NCBI GenBank assembly: GCA_008632985.1
Contig: QPGO01000026.1
Span: 372,001-436,000, forward strand
Direction: 5' to 3'
Source: Psammoneis japonica
Lineage: Eukaryota
DNA length: 64,000 bases
Shown: one piece after another, positions 47,648 to 60,187 of the stretch
Layout: every line of letters starts with the position of its first letter
How positions within the stretch are numbered: position 1 is the stretch's first letter
Program-made: the position numbers and the translations under genes
Notes under the pieces: generated by a model
Databases searched by the model: none
Told to the model about the DNA's origin: nothing
The model's input: only the letters and a program-made list of their open reading frames with translations

Positions 47648-47750
47648 CTCATGGCTTGAACCCCTGCCATCCACAGGACAAGCCTTCCATGCAGAGCTCC
47701 ACTCATGGCTTGAACCCCTGCCATCCACAGGAGAAGCCTTCCATGCAAGC
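47648..47750. repeat. Tandem repeat, ~54-bp unit x2
   Basis: ctcatggcttgaacccctgccatccacagga..agccttccatgca occurs twice. Confidence 0.85.
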
Positions 47751-47769
47751 CGTCTTCCAGATGGGTTGC

Positions 47770-49330
47770 TGAAATCATCAGATGGAGACACACCTGCCCA
47801 CTTCAGGCCCTGCAACATGGAGACAAAGGATGCCCAAAGGCAAGCATTCAAACATGAAACAAATGGCCACAGGTGACTCACCACAAGCTGGTGACCCTCT
47901 TTGTGATCTGTGCATTGCAGAAGAATCTGGTCATCTGCACTCTGCCCTCAAGAAGCATCAAATCTCAAGGCAAAGTTGAGATGGTTGCATCTCACACAGA
48001 CAAGCACCTCAAGAAGCAAGAATCCATTGCAATCTTGACCCCTTGCCCCATGGCACAGACAGAACCATTTGTCCCACAAGAGGTGGGTCCCAAACCATCT
48101 CTCCCTGGGTTCCCCCGCAAGCTCAGCTTTTCTGGGATCCTGAGTGAGGCAGCCTCCTTGCTGAATGAAAACGACCTTCCCAACAGCACTGGGATCACCA
48201 CCAAAAGGAGCCACTGTCCATTGCATGTCATGCATTGAGAACACAAAGAGAGCACAAGATGCTGCCAGTGCTGAAGTTGGGGTTCTTGAATGTCAACAGG
48301 CAAGTGGCCTCTCAAGATTCATCTTCCCCCCAGAATGGCCCCCCAAAAGCAGACAACCAGCATGGGACTTGAGCAGATCTCATGCAAAGCATCACTGGCT
48401 GCAGAGTGGTGGCACAGCCTTTGCAGCTGCTGACTGTGTCAGGCTCTCAAAAATTTGGATGAGTTCCTGTTTCCTGGCTGGTGTCAGAGGTGCAAAGGTC
48501 ATCTCTTGTGTCATTCACACACTCAGCTTGCTCACGAATGACACAACAATTGTCTGTTGTTGTTTGCACACATGCATTTCTACACTCAGCATGTTCACAG
48601 ATGAAACAGAGGGCATTGATTGCATGCATGGCAAAGCAATGCACAGGTAAAAACAGATGGCTGGTTTGTGCACCCCTGGTTGGCATTTGACACATGGAAA
48701 TGCCGCATGCCTTTGACTTCAAATGACTTGCTTGGTTTGACCCATGCAGCAATGATGCTGTGCCCTTCTTTGAAATTTGCACTGCTGCAGCAATGGAGCC
48801 AATTTGTGCCAACTGGCCAGATGAGTCAATGGATCCTTGAAGGGGCATTTCCCAGGAAAGCCATTTTCAAATGGGTGGTTTGCATGGTTGGTGCAAGCCA
48901 GCATGGGTTCACTCAGATTTGCTGGCATCAGAGTGCAGCTGAAGGAAAACTGCTTCCTCCTCACCTGCAAGCTGTCTCAGCACACAACGACACCACAGTT
49001 TTGGCAAATGATGACTTGGAACAGAACTTGGTTCAGTGGACCATCCTTTGGCTCAAATGCACCACATTTAAAATTGCAGTTGCACCCATTGCGGCAATGC
49101 AAAAGAATTTTGAAGAAGTTTCATTTTGCTGACATTTTGGGAATGTGTGGATCACATGCAGTGTCAGCATCAGAAAGGAGGGGTTTGTTGTGCTCACAAC
49201 ACTCATTGTGCTGAACACATGTGCTGTCACAACCAATGTTCTCCATTGACAAATCTTTGCATTCCACCTCAGGATCACATTTGAGTTTGCAGCCTGCCTC
49301 CTCATGCTGAACATGCACTCAGTTTCCATG
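47770..49330 (-). mobile_element. Possible DIRS/Ngaro-like retroelement relic
   Basis: Minus-strand DASKS (~48925) and LLHGSNQAS (cf. LLYGDN.SA) suggest a DIRS-type RNase H. Very degenerate. Confidence 0.35.
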
Positions 49331-50073
49331 GAATGATGATCAACCCTCAGTTTCCCACATCAGTCTTTTCATTGTCATGAACAAACTTGGCCATCAAGCC
49401 TTGACTTGTTCCAGACTTAGGTGGTGTGCACATGCTTTGTTCAACATTGGACACATTTCATTGTGTTGATCACATCAATTGCTTGCAAGCAAAACACAAA
49501 CAGAACAAACTCAAACAATCAAACAGCCAAACCAGCCATGGCTTTCAGTGACCATGACGGCCCACTTTTTTCAGCCTCATGGAAAATTCAATGTCATGAC
49601 GAGGACCTCCGTGTTTGATGTAGTCCATGGCATCAACAACAACAGTGGGGGTGCTTGTCACAGGCTGCAGCACGGCACAACAATGCCAAATCTGTCAGCA
49701 ACAACAATTGAGCCTCAATTCACTCACAATTTGCCTCTGGGGACCATTTCTTTGCCATCACCATGTGCATTTCCTCAATGTGTTCGACTGGTTGAAGTGT
49801 GTCAATCGTTTGTGCCTTTCAAACAGTGAAAAATGGTCCGAAGTCGACGCCATTGCGTGGGCTGAGCTGCCCTTCTTCTCACATCGTACAAAACTCATCA
49901 ATCAACGTGTGTTTCATTCGATCCATTGAACGAAACTTGCGTTCGCGCATTTTAACCAAAGATTAATTGTGTTGTGTCAGAGGGTTCATTTTCATGCAAG
50001 AGCAACATTTTGCATGTTTCTTCGCACATTTGGACATCCACAAATCGCTCCTTGGAAAACAGAGCTCTCAACT

Positions 50074-50825
50074 TAGAGCAGAACGCAATTTAAGGCCCGG
50101 CGTGAATTAAGGCCCTTGTGCTGTCAGGCTCAAATGATGGATTCGAGGTGCGAGCTCTGCAAAAACAGCACGTGAACAGCGCGCGACAAATGGTCAGCGG
50201 CCGTTTCCACCTGCAGTGCAGCTGCAAAAAACTGACTGTGCCACCACAAATGGAGGTCCCAACGAACAACACTGCACCAATCCTCATCACATTGATGCAC
50301 AAATGGATCCTGAGCAGCTTCGTTGCTGCAGTCCATGGATCCATTGACTTGCTCCTCATGGCTTTCCTCTGTTTCTCTGGTGCCTCTCATTGAACTCTTC
50401 TTGCTTTTGAAAATTACAACTGGTTTCTCCTTGTTGTGCCGACCTTCATGAAGAAAGATTGCACAGTCAACAAACATGATGGAGAGCACATTCTTCCGTC
50501 TTCAGAGGCTTCTTCGGTGGCGCCATGGTCCATCTTTTATGTCGTGTCGATGCGGTGTGGGTCCCTGCGCAGGACGTAGTGCCAATTCTACGCATGTGAC
50601 GTGGAGGGCCTTAAATCACGACCATCGCATCATCCTCGCTTGTCAGACATTTGGTTCGCGCGCTAAAACTCATCAACCACACGGATTTGAAAAAGCGGAA
50701 TAATTTTTTTCTGACAAGTTCAACGAGATCTTTCGTGTGAGCACATGAAAGTGCAAAATGCACGCGCATCATGTCTTCTTCATAGATGGAGTTCTTAGCC
50801 GGGCCTTAAATTGCGCTCCACTCTA
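50074..50825. mobile_element. ~750-bp non-autonomous TIR element
   Basis: tagagcagaacgcaatttaaggcccggc is inverted at gccgggccttaaattgcgctccactcta. Ends partly retain CG/TA. No long TSD seen. Confidence 0.75.
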
Positions 50826-51910
50826 CGGTGCAATTTAGCGACCAGTGGCTGAGTCCATCCACAGTTTCGAATGCATTGGCACACGCACAAGACCTTTCTG
50901 CATGCACCCATGACAACACATTTGAAAATTGTTGTGTTTTTACCATCAAAAATGGTGCCGCGAGTGTGGACTGTGCGTTTCATGCAAAAAGGGTCATTTT
51001 TTTGCACGTGAGCGCACCCAAGTCTGGAACAAGTCCCTTGCAATGTGACCATTTCAAATTTGGTCCTCATTTCTGATCTTCTGGTTTCCTGTTTTTTTTT
51101 CATCGCAAAACAGCTGGAGCACACAATGCTGCCAAAGTCAACCCAATTGGTTCTCTGGGCACTCTTGTCTGCAGACTTGATGCTGCAGTTCTCCACAACT
51201 TTTGCATCAAACAAAAAGCTTGGCAAGCCACTCTGCAATTGTCTTGTGCAAAGCTTTTCATTCTTTTGCTTTGAGAGCTGCGCTTGGAGCTGTTGTGGTG
51301 AACGAGCTGAAGAAGGTGTGCAATTTTTTCTTGGGAGCTGGCATTGGTTGTCATTGTGTTGCCTCACTTGACAATCTCAGCCGGTGCCAGTTTGTGATCA
51401 ATTGCATTGTTTGGGCTGTTGTGCGCCACAATGACTGGCCTGGATTTGAACAAAAACCCCTGATTGAGTCTAAAAGTGGCTTCATTTGCTCAGGAATTTG
51501 TTGACAGTTGACAGGCACCCAATTGTCAACAATGGATTCAGCAGCAGAAGGACCCACTTTACTTTCAGGAGCTGATCTTTCCACTTTGGGTCTGAGGTGG
51601 CTGTGGCAAGTGCATTCATTGCTGTCTGTTGTGCCAGCCAAACACCTTTGCTGCATGACAGCAGCAGCTGCACCACAAAGAGGGCCAAGTCAGTGGCCAA
51701 AGACAGTGTGTGGGTGAGCAGCAGCAGCACTTTCTCTGGCAGCTTTGCAGTTGGCCAGCACAAAATGCCAGGTGCGCCTGTGAACCACAGGCATGAAGGG
51801 CACAACCAACTCTGACCAAGTGCGCTGATTTGCACTTGTGCTGCAGCCATGACAATTGCACTCCAGAGAGAGAGCCAAGTCAGCAACCAAAGACATTGCA
51901 TGGGTGGGCA

Positions 51911-52144
<234 letters not shown>

Positions 52145-53015
52145 NGAAGTGTGAAAGCACCACATCCAGGAAATCTTGGATTTAAAAACAGAGCCTTCCT
52201 TTGACCTGGACTTGACAGCTTGACAGGGATCTTGGCTTGACAACTGACTTGGGTCTTCTTGACAGCGGGCGACACTTTGGGTTGCTCACAAATGGAGTTG
52301 CAAGTTAGAGCTGCTGCAAGCAAGCTCACAAAATGTGGACAATCCCCCTGGACCCAGATGACCCAATCAGATGCCTGAGAACAAGCAAACAAATGTGGGA
52401 AATGCACCTCCAAACTCCAGCAAAGGCTGTCCAATCATGGCTGCTTCCTCTCACAGCTGTCCTTTTGTGGGTCTGGCAGAGCTGCAGAAGACCAGCAGCA
52501 TGCAGTGAACATGATGGAACAGCGTCAGCACTTTAGACTCAGTGCACCTGAACAAAATGCCAACGTTCATGTGTGGGTGAAGACAGCACGCAAATGATTG
52601 GTTGGGTGGCTGCAACAAGCAAAACAACATGCATGGCACTGATTGTCACTCATGTGACAAAAACAATGGAGCATGGCAACAATGTGTGTTCTCCAAAACA
52701 ACAATGGGGTGGCATGCAAAGGAGCAAAACAAAGGAAGAACTTTGCAAAATGGGATCAGCAGCACACTGTGTTGTGCTTGGGGGCACATTGTGCACTCTG
52801 CTGTGGTTGATGGTTCTTGGACATGTGCAAGAGACAGCACTGCTTCTCTGTGCATCATGAAAAGCACCCTGCAAGTTGCCTGGCAGCTTTCTTTTGGTGA
52901 CAAAGTTGCGCTCATTGTGTGCAAATGCACGCAGTGTGGGGACATTTTCATTTGGTCATTGTGACAATCAATGATTGCCACACACCAAAAATTGTGATCT
53001 CTGGCAGGCACAAGA

Positions 53016-53523
53016 TGACAAAATTGTCTGGCACTGAAATCTGTGCAGAAAATTGTGCTTGATGAATTTTGTCTCACCTGGAGCTGGAGCCAGCCAAACT
53101 GGCAATGTGGCACACAAGCTGACAAACAGCATTTGAAGCTTCAAGCAAGCAGCTCTTGTGCCAATGATTTGTTTGCTCTTGGCACTGTTCTTGCTGTTGT
53201 CCAACCTCTTGTTGAGGTGTGAACTCTCTTTCCCATCACAGGAGCAGTGCCATTGCGCTAGCCATTCATGACAAAATTGTCTGGCACTGAAATCTGTGCA
53301 GAAAATTGTGCTTGATGAATTTTGTCTCACCTGGAGCTGGAGCCAGCCAAACTGGCAATGTGGCACACAAGCTGACAAACAGCATTTGAAGCTTCAAGCA
53401 AGCAGCTCTTGTGCCAATGATTCATTTGCTCTTGGCACTGTTCTTGCTGTTGTCCAACCTCTTGTTGAGGTGTGAACTCTCTTTCCTGTCACAGGAGCAG
53501 TGCCATTGCGCTGGCCATTCATG
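53016..53523. repeat. Tandem duplication, 253-bp period x2
   Basis: tgacaaaattgtctggcactgaaatc...gccattcatg occurs twice, near-identical. Confidence 0.92.
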
Positions 53524-54157
53524 CCCAGTTGCTTGCACATTGATGCTGGCCTCCCTGGAGAGGTTGTTGCTGCAAATGATCCATTTTTCATTTTGAAGCA
53601 AACAAAGCAAAGCTGATGTTGCTCATGCCATCTTTGCAGCGTTGATTGTCACAACTGGGGGGGTGCACCGTGCTTGAAGAATGAGTGCAAACAAAAGCAG
53701 AATGAAGTTCGAAAAGTGAAAATTATGAGAATTGTTTCCACGCAATCATTTTGGGTTTCTCCGAATGAGCTCTCAACAGCCCAAACCTTTTGCACTGCTC
53801 CCGTGGACAAAAGGCCTTTTGGAGAATGAGATCGTGACAACAGATTGTCCGGGTGCGATTGACATTGACACACAAGATGTCAACATCATCGTACGATCGC
53901 ATTTGCAATTCTCGACATCCGATCACTTCTGTGTGATTGATCTGCCCTTTGTGCGAACCCACGATTGATGTGCGATTGGAGCACAAATTCATTTAACACA
54001 CACACACACACATCATGCACATGACAACGCATGTTGCACTCGCCTCCCTAATTGCACATTAGAGTCAGTTGTTAAACGGCATTGTCTGACGAATGTTGAC
54101 AGCGTCAACAACGTCACCGCGTTTGATCTGTGCTGTGCCATCAGTGTGCACCGTTGC

Positions 54158-56081
54158 TCATTTTTGCGAGTCTTTCTTGAGCAGTGTCTTTTCTCCTGCT
54201 CTGCACGTGCAAGGAGTGCATTGAGCATTCTCTCGAGCGTCATTTTTGTTTGTGATTTCTTGTTTTTGCTGCTGGATTAATTTCCAGTCTGCAACATGTT
54301 GGACGTTAAACATCATGTCTCTGTTGAAGACCAATTGTCCTGGTGCAGCTTGCGCAGTGGCATGATGCGCAGAACGCACTGCAAATGCTGCTGCTGACAG
54401 CATTCCAGCAAAAGGATCCTCAGCATGCAGAGGTGCATGTTGCAAATCAAATGCATGGAGCATGTTTCCCAGTGCTTGATGCATGCGTTCAATGGTTGCA
54501 TTTGCTTGTGGATTTTGTGCAGTTGTGGGCTTGACTTCAATGCCATGATCATCTTGCACCATCTCTTTAAATTGGTGTCCAATGAACTCACTTCCACGGT
54601 CACATGCAATTGACGATGGCCAAGGACATCCACTCAACCACGTCCATTCTAACAGTCCAGCTGCAGTCATGGATTCCTTGTTTGGGATTTCCACAACTTC
54701 AAACCATCTGGTTGCTGGATCAATCATTGTCAAACATTTCAGGACCAGGGGTTCTTTCTTTCCCTTGCGGCGCATTTTGTGTGGTTCAATGAGATCCACA
54801 CAAAGTCATTCCCAGGGCACTGATTCTGCACACTTGGGAGGCAAATGTCCATGTTTCTTGTGTTTCTTTTTGAATTTCTGGCATGTCTCACATCTCGACA
54901 CACATTTTTGTGTGTCTTCACGCAAGGTGGACCACCATGGGTGTTGTGAGATTGTTTCTTCTGTTCGATTTGTGCCAGGGTGATGAAGGCACGCATGACA
55001 CCAATCCATCACTGCTTTTTGCAATGTCTTTGCAATGATGATTTTGTCCTTGTGACATGTGAGCAACCGGTCTCGCTCGCCTCCATGAAAAGTCTTTGCA
55101 TCAAATGTCTTGTTTGACAATTTGGAGAGGATTTGTTTGTCCTGTTTTTGTTCACAATCAAGAACTTTGCAATTCAACGGAAAGACATTGTCGTGGGATT
55201 TTGGCAGGACCTTTTCAGCTGGCTCTTCTGTGCTGAGGTTTTCCACAGGTTCCATTTTTTTCATGGTGAGTCGGCTGATTGCATCTGCAACAATGTTCAC
55301 CTTTCCCTCAAGATGTGTCATTTTAGGACTGTGTTGTTCCATCATTAGACGCCAATGCGTGACTCTGTCTGTTGTGAAATTTTTGTGTGTGAGATTTTTG
55401 TGATCTGTGTGTGTGTTCATCTGTTGGCCAAACAGCACATTTTGGAACTCTTTTGACATCTCCACTGTGGACAACAGCTCTTTTTCCGTTGCAGCATGGT
55501 GCGTCTGCACTCCATTCGCTTGCGGCTGTAGAAGGCAATTGGTCGGTTGTTCTGTGCAATGACTGCCCCTCAAGGTTTGCAGCATGACAATCTGAGTCAA
55601 GGATCTGATTGACCCTGTCATTAAGACTGATCACAGCATGAGATTCCTCAATGTGATTGGCAATCAACTTAAAAACATCGGCATCGAAGAGTGCACCAAC
55701 ATTCTTCACAGGTGCAGTTGCGTCTTCCCATTTGATCTCTTCATTCGAGAAGTCCAATGTTGTCCCAAGACTTGACATTGAGTCACGTCCCATGATCACA
55801 TCATGACAACTCGAAGAAGAAGGGGTGTTGTCAACACACACCGTTGTTTCAATCATCTCATGTTTGTCAAATTCGGGTGAGGAGAATTGGATTTTACATT
55901 GACTGTCAGTCGTAAAGAGCCCTCCTTTGGTTTCCCAGAGTTTGGTGGTGGATGCTTTGGTTCTGAGTTTCCACGTGAATTTGCGCAAAATTGTGGTTGA
56001 CGATGTGCCGCTGACAAGGAGAACATGCAGAGGCTCATTTTTTGCTTTGCCTGAGGAGGCATTCACACAAGCAATGACCAC
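54158..56081 (-). pseudogene. Gypsy pol relic (protease, RNase H, integrase; RT deleted)
   Basis: VLLVSGTS and HDVIMGRD (PR). TEKELLS, TDHKNL and ADAISRL (RNase H). HACLHHPG..CETCQK, DRGSEF and NPQANATIERMH (IN). Confidence 0.9.
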
Positions 56082-56162
56082 TGGACTAGCATGAATTGCT
56101 TTGGCCCTTTTTCCGGGCTTCCTGACATCCAGTGAGGTGCAAGACTCCTCTTGCGGTGCAAG

Positions 56163-57317
56163 TCATTCCTCAGAATCGCTGCGCATCATTTTTTCAAACT
56201 GACAATTCTCCTTGTCAAGGGTGTCAGAGTCACAATCTTTGCTCTTGCGCTTCTTGTCATTGTTCGAAGAACTTGCTTTGAGCATTTTTTGAACTGCTTG
56301 GACTGCCACAGCATTCAACTCTTCTTTGCAAGTGGCATTGTCGTCATCACGACGAGACCACGTGCGATTGCCATTTGAACGGTGCCATTTTGGATCAGGT
56401 TCATAGTTTCCATGGCATTCTTTTGCAAGTCTTTTGATCAACCAGCACTTGTCCATGTCATGAGTGGATTTCTTGCACAAAATGCACCACTTCTTGGACT
56501 GAGATTTTTTGGCACCATGTTGGTGACCATTTTTGGAACCACGTTGGGAGCCATTCTTGGCTTTTGATGCAGCACTGCCACTGCCATCAGCCTTGGCATG
56601 AACACTGTCAAATGTGTCCTCTGCGACCTCTGGGTGCTCCAAAAACTCAACCAACTTGTCGCAGGCATGTTTCAAAATTTCGAAACCCTGGACGGTCGAC
56701 TGATGCTGCCACTTTCGAGGTGCAAGATTGAAGAGGACATCCTTGAGCTCGTCCTCCTCGATCTTCTGATCCTCTCCAAAGGGAGGACAGAACTTGAGGT
56801 CTTTGTTGACTTCCTGGACCCAAGCAGCAATTTTGCATGCTTTCATTGACTCTGGCTTCTTGAGATCGCAATGCAAGTAGCGTTTCTGAACCGAAAGTGC
56901 GTTCTTGGGAAACACACGCCTCGTGAGATGCTGCAGGCATTTGTTGAAGCTTCCTTCCATGGACTCGTCTTCAATGTTCACTGCCGCATTCTCAAAAGCA
57001 CGCAGAGCGTCTCCTTGTAGCAACATGCGCATGAGACGGAATTTGTCGGCTTGCTTCTTGACATTCTGGCCCGCTGGAAGTTGATCGCAGCTTTTGTGAA
57101 ATTTGATGAACTTGGGAACACCCTGTTTCTTGTGGCACTCAACATTGATGGTGTGGGCATGGCTGTCCTTCTTCTTGGGATGAAAACACTGCTCCATCTT
57201 GAGGCACTGACTCAGTTTGAGAGTCTTTGGCTTGCAATTTGATTCCAATGGTTGAGGAACGATTTTCTCCTGCCTTGATGAAGTCTTGGCATTGGTTGCA
57301 TGAGGTGAAAGCTTCAT
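56163..57317 (-). pseudogene. Gypsy gag relic
   Basis: Open frame with LLQGDALRAF, VFPKNALSVQKRYL and zinc knuckle WCILCKKSTHDMDKC. Confidence 0.8.
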
Positions 57318-60187
57318 TTTTGACTTGTTGCCTTCTGTGGTGTGTGTGCACAATGCACTGTGCTCAAAGAACGAGTGCAAACGAAAGTAGAGTGAAGTTC
57401 GAAAAGTGAAAATTATGAGAATCATTTCTGCGCAATCATTTTGGGTTTCTCCGAATGGGTTCTCAACAGCCTAAACCTTTTGCACTGCTCCCACAGACAA
57501 AAGGCCTTTTGGAGAATGAGATTGTGACAACAGATTGTCCGGATGCGATTGATGTTGACACATGAGATGTCAACATCATTGCATGATCGCATTTGCGATT
57601 CTCGACATCCGATCACTTCTGTGTGATCGATCTGCCCTTTGTACGAACCCACGATTGACGTGCGATTGGAACACAAATTCACTCAATGTGCAGACACACA
57701 CACGTGACACTTGCATGACAACGCATGTTGCAGGGGGCACAGTCACTTGGTGCACAATCTCCTCAATGCAGTCAAGACCATGATGGAGCACAAGTGCCTG
57801 CTGCACAACCCAGCTGAGATCAAGTTTGACAATGGCTGCACACAGAACACAGCCTGACTCTGGCAACATTGCCTGCATTGAAGAAATGTGCAGCAAACTC
57901 ATGAAGAATGGTGAGTGGCCTGCACTGGCTGCTGAACTCTCAGAGGGCAATCTCTCACCTCTCTGACCTGTCCAAGAGTGGGGGTCCCAAGCTGAAAAGT
58001 GCCACAACTGTGGCCTTGAGGGGTGCATGAAATGCACTTGCTGCTGTCCCAAGTGCAGGGTGCAGGGCTGCTTGCCTGAAGAACAACCCTGCTGCAGCTT
58101 GCAGATGTGCAGCCCACTGAGGATCCACCTCAACAGCAATCCAAATGCAAGCCTCTCTCACCCCAGTGCACTGACTTTGCCAGAGAGACCATTGCTTGGC
58201 TGGGATGATGGCTTGAGCTGGAAGTGATGTGGGAGGAAGTGCAAGGAATGTGGAGATCTGAAAAATCTGGGCTCTGCCAACATTGTTCCATGACAATCGC
58301 TGGCTCAGCTTTGAGCAATCGGACAAGGAAGTGCTGTCTGGTGACCTGTCTTTTGCAAAGAACCTCAGTTGTGGCATTCCCAGCATGGGTTGTTTGTTCT
58401 GACATCAAAGACAAACACGTGCTTGTCATCTGCTGACATGAAAGCCATGGAGCTTGTGCACAGAACTCTGCATGAAAAAACCACAAAAAAACCTGCCTGG
58501 AGCTGGAGCACATCAAACCATGTTCTTGTTTTCTGTGGACATCAGAAAATGCAGCTGCTCAAACAAATGCCTGATGCTTTTAAGTGGGCGACCCAACAAC
58601 TGCAAGCTGAAACAAACCAAGCCCAAAGTCATGTGGACACATGCATGAATTTGTGCTGAGTTGTCAAAAATTGCAAAATGTTTCACTCCCCCACTGAAAG
58701 TTCTCACCCAGAGCTGAAAGTTGGCTGCAGTTGATGTGACACACATGGTTGGCTTCCTTCGCAGGGCACCAAGGACCTGGCGTGTTTCTTCATCAGATGT
58801 GCCCCATGCTCACGTGCCAAGTCACCACCACAGAAAGGCCATTGGCAACAACCATCTGTTTTGAAGTTAACAGCCTGCTGGTGCAGTTGGAAGGGCATTT
58901 GCCATGGCCCTTTGTGTGCTTTCCAGCTGCGCAAGCAACATTGCACTCAAATCCCTGCGGGGGGTTGTGAGAGAGGCCAAAGCAGCCAGCAGCATCTGCA
59001 GCTTGCATGGTTGAGGCAATGTCAAACAATGCAGTCACACACCAAGATGACGTGCAGAGGCTTTTCACAAAGAGAGTTTTTGCTGTGCAAGGTTTTGAAA
59101 ACAACTCCTCCTGTGCTGCCAACATGGGGACAAGGCACAGAGGGGGGATTTTGAAAGCACGACTTTCTTGTTTTCAGCTGCAAATGCACTGAGGGATTCC
59201 TTTCTTGAAAAAAGTTCACACAGTTGTGAAGCTGGGCTCCAAGTGACATTCAAAATCAAACCAACTGCGAGCTTGCGGATCGGGAACTCGTGTCTCGGGC
59301 TGCAGCTTGACTTTGAGCACAAACCCCCAGGCGTGACTGCTGCACAGCATCGCAACAATGTCACACACGGGAAGTTTCTAAAGTTGACAAATGATCAAAT
59401 GGAGCATCAACCAGGTTGAGCAAGCTCCATCATGGTGGGTCCAGTGTGCCATGGAAGCAGCTTGAGCATGGCATCATCGCCAAAATGTGAGCTGTTTTGT
59501 GTTTGAGTTGCGAGATGAAATCCGTTCTGCCATCAAAGAATTGAGGGTCAAGAACTGCACAAAACAGTTTGTGATTAACAATCAAAAGGAAGGCTTCTTA
59601 AACACATGAATGATCTTGAAACTTGGACCATTGAGTGTTCGAATCATTTGTCAACAAGCGGTTCATTTGCCGGTGTTTGATGATCTCCTACCTAATGAGA
59701 ACTCATCGGTCATAGTTCTGACCATAAGTAAGCAGAGGTTGGATCGCCACAGGGGTGCAACCCGTTAAATGTACACAACAATTATACGGAAACTGTTTCA
59801 GAAAAGCTTAAATGTTCGGAATCATTTATCAATCAGGTCATGGCATTTGAATCAGGTCATGGCATTTGATTGGCCCCAACATGGAGAACTAATAACTAAT
59901 CGGTCACAATTTTCAAAACGCGGGCGAGGTCCCGGTTCGCATTCGATAGCTACTGTACCAGTAATGTCGTAAAAGTGGGTACGCGAGAGGGCCGGAGAGG
60001 ACACAAAAAAAGGAGAACAACAACAAGAAGAAGGAAAGAAAAAACGTGAAAGCTTGCGCGCACTACTGTACTCTGTGCATTGAACATTATTACTCGGTTT
60101 GAATTAAAAAATTACCGCAATCACTTCGAACATAGCGAGCAATAAGCCTGTGGATTATATTGAATTGCTCTCTCGGAAGTCCTAACC

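Larger units (their letters stand above)
53664..57732 (-). mobile_element. Ty3/Gypsy LTR retrotransposon lacking RT
   Basis: LTRs 53664-54038 and 57354-57732 (TG...CA). 5-bp TSD GGGGG. PPT tagggaggcgag (minus strand) next to 54038. Order gag-PR-RNaseH-IN. Confidence 0.93.

Noticed and set aside
52150..53640. Possible non-LTR RNase H/C-terminal relic
   Set aside because: Motifs too eroded to support a call by eye.
57325..57353. tRNA primer-binding site of the Gypsy element
   Set aside because: Minus strand reads ttgtgcacacacacc with no TGG start; too mutated to assign a tRNA or self-priming.
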